Source: a virus (taxonomy: Duplodnaviria > Caudoviricetes). From it: a DNA stretch of 64,000 bases. The translations under genes were made by a program, and so were the position numbers. Positions 53,087 to 62,500 of this stretch are shown one piece after another. The notes under the pieces are model-generated. The model made no database searches, was not told the origin of the DNA, and was given only the letters and a program-made list of their open reading frames with translations. Each line of letters opens with the position of its first letter. Position 1 is the stretch's first letter. The stretch spans positions 1 to 64,000 of the IMG/VR virus record IMGVR_UViG_3300028588_000019; one strand, written 5' to 3'.

Positions 53087-54508
53087 TTAGACCTCTTCAA
53101 TTGTTAACTCGGTGGAGTAAGCTTCTGCAAACTCCAGTTCGATGTCCGAATCTTCTGCGCGGCGACCAAAAATAGTCAGGTCGCGTGCTAGTTCAGAATC
53201 AGAGTGTCCAGGAAATACCGAAACATAAATTGGATTGATTCTAGATTGCCGCACCATGCGAACAAACTGTTTACGGTCCTGGGCCGGCATCATTGACAAT
53301 TTAATCGGTAAGACCTTATGGATTGTCCCTGCGCGTCCAGTCTGCGTTCCAGCGTTCGTTCGTTTGATCTCACTGCTGTCAGCAATGCGCGGGGTTACGT
53401 CTGAAGGCTGGTATTTAGTCTCCCAATATTTGCCAACAACAGCTTGCGCAATATTGATGGCACCAATTGGGTTTGCTGGGTCGTCAATCTCAATTATAAG
53501 ATAGGCACAGAGCATTTCTGGAATCCACATCTCCGCGCAAGTTCCGCCGCCATAAGTGTACGCGCAGGAGCTCTGTGCCACGGTCCAACCATCCAGCACA
53601 ATTTGCTCGGCTGGTGCAGCGACCTTCCAACCGCTGTCGAATGAGCTAGTCTGTTGCCAGTTGTCGCTGTAGCCTAGAGGACGAGTTGAAGTTCCACCTG
53701 TATTGTTCGGGTAATACGAAGAGATTGTACCGTATTCGAATTGGGCACCCCACACGTAGAAGCCGTATCCAGCAATGCCTGTGTATAGCAGTACGGGCTG
53801 TCCGCTGCCGTTGAGCGAACCAGCCACTAGTCGTGGAACGATGTTCCCTGCGGCGGTGGTGGTTCGGGTTGCCCAGACCCTCCACCAGCCGTTACCAATG
53901 TTCTGCATGCCATGCGTCCAGCCACCATCCACGTCCATCGTGACAGTGCCGGCAGCCAGGTCAAAAAATGCTCGCGAGCCGAACGGTGCAGCCGTGTTCG
54001 CAGTGTTGTCGAATTTGATTGCGACAAGGGTTCGTTCTGCGGCCCTCACAAAGAATGAAACGGTAACCTGTTGTCCGGCAGGAACAGCCCAGACTTGGCT
54101 GATATACTTCTCGCTTCCTGTTTGCTCCTTGAATTTTTCGACGCCACCGGCGCCAGATGGTGCCTTCACCCCAGCGGCATCAGCTTCGGTGGTCCCGATA
54201 GTGGAACTCCATTTGGACCAAGCAGCGTTGCTGAAGCTCTCACTGTATTTGGCGTAATTGGTCTTTGTCCCCTCGCCGTTTGCGCGCACCCGCCACAAAG
54301 CGCTAGGCGAAAGGCCACAAATTGGCAGAACAACTGCCGAGATCCTTTCTGCAGTGTTCCACCCAGCTTCGATGCGCGCGGTAGTCCCGACCGACTGGTA
54401 AACTTCAGTCTTGTCGGTGCTAAGAATATTACCCACACTAAGAACGCCTGCTGTGGTCAAAGCGCTTAGTGTGGCACGTTTGAGGACGTTGTCCGAGATC
54501 ACTCGCAT
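53087..54508 (-). CDS. Minor tail protein with inserted carbohydrate-binding-like domain
   Basis: Central TNYAKYSESFSNAAW...GNGWWRVW...WGAQFE.G module inside a distal-tail-like protein. Confidence 0.65.
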   Translation of the reverse strand: MRVISDNVLKRATLSALTTAGVLSVGNILSTDKTEVYQSVGTTARIEAGWNTAERISAVVLPICGLSPSALWRVRANGEGTKTNYAKYSESFSNAAWSKWSSTIGTTEADAAGVKAPSGAGGVEKFKEQTGSEKYISQVWAVPAGQQVTVSFFVRAAERTLVAIKFDNTANTAAPFGSRAFFDLAAGTVTMDVDGGWTHGMQNIGNGWWRVWATRTTTAAGNIVPRLVAGSLNGSGQPVLLYTGIAGYGFYVWGAQFEYGTISSYYPNNTGGTSTRPLGYSDNWQQTSSFDSGWKVAAPAEQIVLDGWTVAQSSCAYTYGGGTCAEMWIPEMLCAYLIIEIDDPANPIGAINIAQAVVGKYWETKYQPSDVTPRIADSSEIKRTNAGTQTGRAGTIHKVLPIKLSMMPAQDRKQFVRMVRQSRINPIYVSVFPGHSDSELARDLTIFGRRAEDSDIELEFAEAYSTELTIEEV

Positions 54509-54509
54509 T

Positions 54510-54776
54510 TTATTTCCGTTCGGATGGTGGAGGCGACTGGTAGCGTGCCAGTTCTTTAATATTGGCGTTCACGCAGTGGTTCGGTCCTTGGAAGGGGTGG
54601 AAGATAAAGTCGATGATTACTTTCCAGAACTTGTATGGGTAACGGTGACCCAGGCGGCCGCAACGAGCCGACAACGTTTCGTCGGGCCAGCCGAAAAGGA
54701 TCGTGTTCACTAACTGGTCAACGCCAATGAGAACATTGCTGATGTATTTCAGAATAGCTAAAGCAGTCTTCTTCAT
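54510..54776 (-). CDS. Small tail-region hypothetical protein
   Basis: DQLVNTILFGWPDETLSAR..R...IDFIF...HC motif. Confidence 0.7.
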   Translation of the reverse strand: MKKTALAILKYISNVLIGVDQLVNTILFGWPDETLSARCGRLGHRYPYKFWKVIIDFIFHPFQGPNHCVNANIKELARYQSPPPSERK

Positions 54777-54788
54777 GTTACCCCCTAG

Positions 54789-55403
54789 TTATAGGCCGAG
54801 TATCTCACGCAGCCACTTAATGAAATTGTCCCACGAAGCAACTGCTGCGTCAAGCATCTCCAGCGAAGTTGCTGCACGCATCTCAGCCTGGTGAAGAAAG
54901 CGAACGTTGCGCATCTGAAGCTCAGCCCAGCGAAACGCGTCAGCACGCTCAATGATTTGTTGTGCTGCCCACACTTCACTTTGCACTTGCCCGGTCGGGT
55001 TGTTTAGCGCGTGCCCTGTGATGTACCCGGAAGCAGGGGAGGGTTTCGGGTCAGCTGCAATGTACGCACGCGCTGCGCTCTCGGCGTTAGCGTACTCCGT
55101 TGCACGCAGACCTATTGCGTCTTGATAAACCGAGTCTACATCAGGGTAGGTTTTAGTGACTGCTGCGACCTTCTCGTCCTCCAGCACCGCACGGTCTTCC
55201 CATTCGACGGCACCGTTGCGCAGATAGGCTACTTCGGTATCGCGGCGCCCTTCACGCGTGAACTCGCCGTCAAAGGCCACGATTGTTTCGCCAGGGCAGG
55301 AGGAGAAAACAGGCGTTGTTGGGCCATTGTTCGGATTGTCGATCCAGCCTGACGCAGAGATAACACCGTCTTCGCGCACAAATAAAATATGTTGTTGGCT
55401 CAT
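54789..55403 (-). CDS. Tail fiber assembly-like protein
   Basis: Follows the fiber gene; EY..AE.AA..Y pattern. Confidence 0.55.
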   Translation of the reverse strand: MSQQHILFVREDGVISASGWIDNPNNGPTTPVFSSCPGETIVAFDGEFTREGRRDTEVAYLRNGAVEWEDRAVLEDEKVAAVTKTYPDVDSVYQDAIGLRATEYANAESAARAYIAADPKPSPASGYITGHALNNPTGQVQSEVWAAQQIIERADAFRWAELQMRNVRFLHQAEMRAATSLEMLDAAVASWDNFIKWLREILGL

Positions 55404-55415
55404 TTCGTACCTCGC

Positions 55416-58046
55416 TTAAGCGCCGTTACCATAGCCGACAAGGCACCGAATAGACCGGCTGACCACTGCGCCGCTACCCTCATCAATAAGTACCAAGCCG
55501 ATGTTTACCGATACCGTGATGTTCTGCCCACGACAGCGGAATGAGCAGCTAGTGGCCGATGGATCGCTGGTCATCATCGCGTCGCCTTCGACTACGGTCA
55601 GTGACCATTGGTAACGCAGATTGCCGACTGCACCAGACACCGTGGCGAATGCCGTAAAGTTCTCGTAGTTGAACGTGTTTGCCCGATTGCGCTGATTGGT
55701 AAAAGACAACGTGGCACTGAGCGATACTTGAATACGCGCGTTGTACAGAATCGTGTTGTCCAGCGTTAGTTGCCTATTCACCAAAGAGAAGCCGGGGGCT
55801 AAAATAGTCCCGTCAGCTCTAGCTTCAAGAAACGCGCCCTGCCCGTCAATGTTGTTCCCTAGCAGGATGCCTTCAGGTCCGAAGTAAGAGCCTCTTCCAC
55901 CCGGCGCGGGCCATGCCCATCCATTGAAATCACCTGTAGCGATATAGCCCCTTGCTCGCAGAGAATTACAAAAGATGTCGCCATTACGCTGTAGTAGCCA
56001 GCCGGACCCGCCCGTACTAGTCTGACCGTTCCAAGCGTTGCTATAAATGTCACCACCGATTTGTGTGTTACCGATTGACCCCGGCGCAACATAATTGTTG
56101 ATCGTGCGCCAGTCGAGAACGTTATCGCTCCACGCAGTTCTTACTTTGCCGCGTTCCAGCTTGACATCGTAAATCAACAACTGCGATGCGTTCTTACCTG
56201 TGAAGATACGAACCTGACAGTTTTCTAGGCTCGCCTGAGTCCCGGTGCGCCAGTGAAGTTCGTAAGACCCCATGCCAACCTGAACTGCTACTACTCCTTC
56301 CGGTAGATCGTCTGGGAACAGGTCGCAGATAACCTCACGAACGCCTCCAGCACCATCGTTAGTAGCTTTGAAACTAAGTGTGTAGTCTGTGTTTTGGTTG
56401 AGCGAGAAAGTGCGCGAGCGGAACAAAGCAAAATCCGAATTCGGAAAAACCTTGTGAATGCCGTTACGGGCATAATCTGCCGTAACGTTTGTATCAATGT
56501 AGGTCCAAGCTGCCCCTTCGTTAATCCACAGGTCGATTCGCTCAAGAATGTTCGGGTTAAGCTGCGTTTGTTCTGCCAAGGTCGCCCCGGATCGTAGAAC
56601 CACGCCTCCCTTTCCGTCGTAGAGCGTGGCAGTGCCACCGTCTACCACAAACAACGGCTGGCCGTTAGGAGCTTCCGTACGGAACGACCTAGACACTACG
56701 TACCCATCTTTGCTGACCCTGAAGGGGGCGTTGGCCCACGAATCAGAACCAGACCACATATCACCAACTGGTGACACATGCCAGCTGTTGCTTCCAGAAC
56801 CAATGTGGATCTCGCCACCAGTAATGACGCCCAGATTGGAAATAATGGCTGAGAGCGTACCAACCTTAAGTGACGACCAGTAAGGGATTGACCACACTAC
56901 GGTGTTCGTCGCTGGGTTGTAGATACCGTCGGACTGGTACAGGAACTGGCCTGCCGACAGTGTGGGAACAGTCTTGGTCCAGGCGCCAACAATCCCGCCA
57001 CCGTTCGGGCTCGGGACGCTGCTGCGGCCAGACGTGTTTGCCGGTACAGTGGTTGTCGCAGGCGTGACGGACGCGCAGTAGGCGGTGACATAGCTTGCGC
57101 CTTCCGTACCCGTCCCGTTATTACCCGAATAACCCACAGCGCGAATTGATGCGTTTTGCCAGTTGAAATCTGTCTGTGCGTTCGCAGCGGAGTCGGTAAT
57201 GAAAACGCGCGCCGCCCATAACGTCATCCCTGGAGACGGAGCGTCACCCGGAGTTAAACCCCAGCCTGTAGGCGCTGCACCGAACGTTCCGTTAGACCAT
57301 GTCAGCTGCGCTGGGCCAGTTGGACCCGATGGGATGGTAGCAGCCCATTTAAAGACAACAGCTTCACCCGAATTGACCCCGCTTGTGCCGTTGTTCCCGT
57401 TATTGCCGTTCTGGGCCCATGCGACTACGGTCGACGAAGCGTAGGAAACAGTTGTGCTGACAGCACTAGCTGCCACGCTTAAGCCGACAGCGACGCTAAA
57501 CAGCTGAGTCCCGGGCGTGCCAGGGTTAGTTGGTACAGCTACGCTCCAGCCGTCGCTCCCAGCATACGCGGTGTTTACGCCCGCCGCCCAGGTGAACGTT
57601 GACGAATTGTTTGGGCGTGCAGGGGGTGAACCTGCCGGGGCCCACTTCCACAGATAGGCTGTGCCGGTCTTATTTGGGCTGACACCCGCATCACCTTTGA
57701 CACCGTCTGCGATTTTGCTGACGGTTGTAGACTTAGTATAGGTCGTACCGTCATAAGCGATTGTGGCAGTAATGACGGCAGTATCGGTCGTCATATTTGC
57801 AAACGTCAACGTTGCGCTGTTACCGTTGACCGTAAGCGTTGCGCCGGCTGTAGCTGACCAGTTTACAGTTCCCGGGATGTTCAACAGCGTTGCTTCGAAG
57901 GTGTACGATCCGGGAGTGCTGTCCCCTGATACCACCTTGAAAACGGCGGATGACGGATAAAGGAACATGCCTCTGTCCGTCGGCGGGGTGAACCGTGGGT
58001 TCACCAAACGCATCATTACATCACGGTCGTTCAGGATGGTGGCCAT
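55416..58046 (-). CDS. Central tail fiber / host-specificity protein
   Basis: 876 aa; three W..P..G repeats with Gly-X-Y linkers, CBM-like domain, C-terminal Ig-like domain. Confidence 0.75.
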   Translation of the reverse strand: MATILNDRDVMMRLVNPRFTPPTDRGMFLYPSSAVFKVVSGDSTPGSYTFEATLLNIPGTVNWSATAGATLTVNGNSATLTFANMTTDTAVITATIAYDGTTYTKSTTVSKIADGVKGDAGVSPNKTGTAYLWKWAPAGSPPARPNNSSTFTWAAGVNTAYAGSDGWSVAVPTNPGTPGTQLFSVAVGLSVAASAVSTTVSYASSTVVAWAQNGNNGNNGTSGVNSGEAVVFKWAATIPSGPTGPAQLTWSNGTFGAAPTGWGLTPGDAPSPGMTLWAARVFITDSAANAQTDFNWQNASIRAVGYSGNNGTGTEGASYVTAYCASVTPATTTVPANTSGRSSVPSPNGGGIVGAWTKTVPTLSAGQFLYQSDGIYNPATNTVVWSIPYWSSLKVGTLSAIISNLGVITGGEIHIGSGSNSWHVSPVGDMWSGSDSWANAPFRVSKDGYVVSRSFRTEAPNGQPLFVVDGGTATLYDGKGGVVLRSGATLAEQTQLNPNILERIDLWINEGAAWTYIDTNVTADYARNGIHKVFPNSDFALFRSRTFSLNQNTDYTLSFKATNDGAGGVREVICDLFPDDLPEGVVAVQVGMGSYELHWRTGTQASLENCQVRIFTGKNASQLLIYDVKLERGKVRTAWSDNVLDWRTINNYVAPGSIGNTQIGGDIYSNAWNGQTSTGGSGWLLQRNGDIFCNSLRARGYIATGDFNGWAWPAPGGRGSYFGPEGILLGNNIDGQGAFLEARADGTILAPGFSLVNRQLTLDNTILYNARIQVSLSATLSFTNQRNRANTFNYENFTAFATVSGAVGNLRYQWSLTVVEGDAMMTSDPSATSCSFRCRGQNITVSVNIGLVLIDEGSGAVVSRSIRCLVGYGNGA

Positions 58047-59500
58047 TAGATCATCACTTCCACATTTACTTCAAAACTATTAATGTCAGGGGTTACACCA
58101 GTTACAACAGCGAAAGCGCCGTTCTCCAAATCGTACCAATCCGCGAACACTTGTACAGCTTGACCGAGCGTTAGCATCAGGTGGTTTGCGGTGAGCCGAG
58201 CAGTGTATGTCCCGCGTGCAACCTGCTCAACTACGAGTTGACGATTGGCTTCAGTCTGAGCGCTGGTGCCCACAATTATACAGGTGTCGCGCTGCGCCGG
58301 CTCCTGATTTAACTTATACAGGTCCGCAACAGTTTGATTCTTTGCAACAACCTCCAGCCATTCTTTCTTATAGAGGTCTTTATGTTCCTCGGGAAGTGTG
58401 GTCAGCAGATTGTCCTGCACCGTGTAGTTCTTGCAGTAACCTAACTTGATTGCTGCAACCGGCTCTGTCAGATCCACCAATGTGAGCGGCGCATCGTCAA
58501 ACTGATGCGCACGCTTGATAACCGTTGTAGCGCTGGTCGGGAAGTTAATCTGAATCAGCTGCAACAAACCCTCGCGTGACACAACCATCTGCGCACGGAC
58601 GCTGGAGGCAAGCTGACGGCATACTTCAATAACGTTCGTACGGTCTTTGATGTAGATGCCAACAGGGTGCGGATTGGCAGTCTCGAACGAGTCCAGGTTT
58701 GCGGTATCGAGATCTGTATTTGAAAAACGATCCGAGAGCTTACCGAACCCGGTGGCAATGCGGCGAATGATGTTCGTAATCGTGTTCCGGTAAACACCCC
58801 CAAACTTGTCACCCTGTACGCTGCAAGTAATGACACCTGCCGCCTTTTGGTTGAGGGTGAACGTGCCAGTTTCATGGTCAGCTGTAAACAAGACAGGCTT
58901 GCCGTTGTCTCGTACCTCAAAGATGTTTTCGACAGGGCCGTCGTGAATCTGGTATTTGTTGGGCCCCACCATGAGCGGGGTCACGTTGTGGCATTCCCCG
59001 AAGCAGAGCGGAATAAGGCTATTCTTATTTGTGGTGGTCCCGCCCAGCAGTTTTTCACTGATAGGTGTGTTCAATTGCTGGAGCTTGTCCACCATGCTGA
59101 GCGCAAGCGTATAACGGTCCTTTGGGGCGCACTTGCCCACAATACCCGTCCAGTAGAGTTTAAAGTCCGCACGGTCCCAGCGGGTGTCGCCGATGTACAT
59201 TCGGATCTTACGGTTCTTCCAAACGTCCTTGAACCAGCTTTGTCGCCCTGCGGTAAGATCGATCTCAAGCGCACCAATAGATACGCTGGCTTCTGCACTC
59301 AGGGAAATCTTAGCAGACACCGCGATGCTACCTGACACAATCGCCGAATACGGCGTTGCAACAGGTGCGTTGATGTACTGCTTATCGCTCAAATAACGAG
59401 TGATGGGGTTACCGCCACTCGTCACTTCAATCTCGTAAAGCACGACCCGCTGGGCCGTGCTGTCCAAGAGCCATGCTTCAAATTGCGCTTGAGTAATCAT
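58046..59500 (-). CDS. Tail tip / hub protein
   Basis: 484 aa after the tape measure gene; PLCFGECHNVTP motif. Confidence 0.7.
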   Translation of the reverse strand: MITQAQFEAWLLDSTAQRVVLYEIEVTSGGNPITRYLSDKQYINAPVATPYSAIVSGSIAVSAKISLSAEASVSIGALEIDLTAGRQSWFKDVWKNRKIRMYIGDTRWDRADFKLYWTGIVGKCAPKDRYTLALSMVDKLQQLNTPISEKLLGGTTTNKNSLIPLCFGECHNVTPLMVGPNKYQIHDGPVENIFEVRDNGKPVLFTADHETGTFTLNQKAAGVITCSVQGDKFGGVYRNTITNIIRRIATGFGKLSDRFSNTDLDTANLDSFETANPHPVGIYIKDRTNVIEVCRQLASSVRAQMVVSREGLLQLIQINFPTSATTVIKRAHQFDDAPLTLVDLTEPVAAIKLGYCKNYTVQDNLLTTLPEEHKDLYKKEWLEVVAKNQTVADLYKLNQEPAQRDTCIIVGTSAQTEANRQLVVEQVARGTYTARLTANHLMLTLGQAVQVFADWYDLENGAFAVVTGVTPDINSFEVNVEVMI

Positions 59501-62500
59501 TCCATTGCCATCGAAAGGACGTTGTTTTTATACGACGAGTTAGCTGCCGAGGACATTATACCACTAACAGTAGTTTGAGCGGCCCCGGCAGTCACCTTAG
59601 CATTCGAAGTAATAACGTTTGCAGTGTTGGTGTTCGCCTCAGCACGCATGCCCGAAACTTCTTCGCGCAGTGCTTTCAGCTCAGCTGCCATCATCGCCTT
59701 TTCCGACGCGGTGGTCGGGTTGCCGCTCAAGCTTGGCATTGCTGCCGCCGGACGAGGATCACGGATTGCCCACAACACATCGTTCAGGGTGTTGTTCAGG
59801 TTGGTGATGCCTGCAACCTGAGCATTCAGTGCATCCAGCGACAGCTGCTCGACGCTTGCCTTCGCAGTAGCCCACTGCTCCATCTCTTCCGTAATGCGCA
59901 GCACCTTGGCAAAGTCCGAGCTGTACTTCGGATCCGAGGCATTGACCACACGAGACGCTTGCAGGAATGCGTTGGCGGCTGCACTGATCTGCGACTGCGC
60001 TTCCTCGTCCCCGGTCTTAGCTTTCGCCACCGTGTTGTCAAATTGACGCAGAGCTTCAAGGTACTGTTGCTCAGGGGTCAGTGTGGTTAGATCGCTTAAC
60101 AGCAAGCCGTCGCGCATTTCACGCATGGACTGCGCAAACGTCTTCAACTTCTCGATCGTCTGCGACAAGCTCTCTTTGTTTGTGTCCTGCGCCTCTTTTT
60201 GCTTCTTGAGCAATTGGAGGTAGTCGAACAGCGAGCGGTTGCTTTCATCAAGCTCCTCGCGCTGCTTTGCAATCAGCTGCGCAGGGGTCATCACCAGTTC
60301 GTCGATCTCGTCCTGGATGCTTTGGCGTTCTTCTGCAATCGCCTTCGTTACATCCAAGATTTCCTTGAACGCTGGCACCAGCCCCATCAGTGCAGCATAT
60401 GCCTCTGCACCGTACTGCGTGGTGGTATCCAAGCCTTCGATAAACTTACGGAACATCTCTTCGGAGTTAGGCTGACTGGTAGTCAAACCGTACTTAGCGA
60501 AGGTCGGGTCCAGCTGTCCTTTTAGGAATTTGGCTTTTTCTTTATCCGTGTAGAACGTATCCAAGAAGGTGCTCGCTTGGCTTACGAACTCTTCCAGGCC
60601 ACCGGACAATTCGATCAGACGCGAACGTGCCGCAACAGACGAAAGACCAATCTGACCAAACGTCTTATTGAACGATTGGAACACGGTGTCGATAGTTTGG
60701 TATTCTGCGGCAATGCGAACCAGCGTTTCAAGCTGACCCTCACCAAGCTTGGCGTAATCGTTCAGACCTGCAACCATTAGGCTGGCCATGTCGTCGCCAA
60801 GCTTAGAAACGACAGCTTCGATTTCTTTTTGGATCTCTTCTGCGCTAAGATCCTTAAAACTAATCTTACCGAAGTCGATAATAATAGATTTCAAGCGTTC
60901 ATTGAACGCAGCACCACCGATGCCCAGTGCTTCACCAGCAGCATTAATGGTTGTAGACAAACCCTTGAAGATGAGCGCAAATTGGTCGTTTACATCTTTG
61001 TCCAAGGCGGTCAGTTGCGTCTTGTACTTATCGCTATGGAAGATGCCGCCGTCTTTCTTTGTATCAAGGTACTGGCTCATCACAAGCCCGCCGTTTACAA
61101 TATTGCCAACGGAGGTTTTGTTAGCGGTCAAGCCTGTATCTAAATTCGTGGTCTTACCGCCAAAGATCGAATTAGTCAAACTTGCGTACTGTTTTCCAAG
61201 CCACTCACCGCCAGGCATGGATTTCAAAGGGGAGCCAATGAGCGAGCCCAACGAGCTCATACCGCCATACGTGTTGGCAGGCATATCTCCGGTTACGCCA
61301 TTGTTCAGCAGAATACCACTCAAGCCACCGATACCTGCTTGAATGGCGCGTAGAGCTTGCAGCATCCCGCTACCGATGACAAGATTCTGGTAGGTGTTGT
61401 CTTCAATCAGCTCAAGAGACTTAGAAATGGATTCCGACTTAGCGTCTACATTGCCAAACACGGTCCCGGTCCCTTGAGCTTCTTGACGATCCTTGGCCAC
61501 ATTAACGTCACTGAACTTACCGCTGATGGCCACACCAAGCCCAGCAACGATCGCAGCCATTGCTGCCATACGTGCGAATGCGGAATACGAATCGCCTTGA
61601 CCTTGAGTCAAAATTGCAGAGATGCCTTTCGGTACGAGCTCAGCGATGGTCAGAGCAAGCTCTGCCGCGTGGAACACCTGCGACATCACCATCAATGCTT
61701 TATAGCCCTTCGACTGTTCGTCAAAGAAGCCGGCAGCAGCACCAGCCATGTTCCCGTATTCGTTCATACGGTTACGGGCAGAAGCTTGGTTGTATTCGTT
61801 CTGCGCTTTAGCATTACGCGCTTCTTCGTCTTGCAAGCCTTCGTTTTCTTTTTTGGACTTGCGCAGCTTGTTGTCCAGTTGCAACTGTTCTGCCGTACCA
61901 CGCGAGAATACTTTGAACAGTTCACCGGCAGCTTTGCCACCTTTGCCGAATGCCTGCTCCAGCGCTTTAGCGATATCGTTGCCGGCCTCTTTCCAGGACT
62001 TTGCGAGGTCGTCTGCTTTCTTGAAGTCTGCTTGCTCAGCATCCAGTTTAGCACCAATATCCTTCAAGCGATTGATGTCGGCTTGTGCTGCGATAAGCTT
62101 TTGGAGCGCAGCCAAACGCGCACCGTATGCAGCAATGGCAGCTTTATTTTGCTCGTCCTCAGGCTTAGCTTTTTCGGTGTCAAGCAGCGCTTCAAGATAC
62201 AGCGCGTCACGCTTACGCTGCTGGTCAGCTTCGTCAGCCAAAGCGATAGCCACCAGCTGACGCTGAGCAGCGGTCTTACCGATCTCCTCGTTGTACTTTT
62301 TCTGCGCCTCGATCTTCTTATTCAACTCTTCCAACTCACGAGCACCGTCTGTGGTGATATTGCCCACAGTGGTCTTGAGAGCTTTCTTGTTTGCGCCGAC
62401 TTCATCACGATCAAGGTTTTCGCCTGCGGCGCCGTTGCTGTCGATTGCTTTATCCAAGGCGGCGCGGATGTCTTGCATCTGTTTCGCCACCTTAGCGCGC

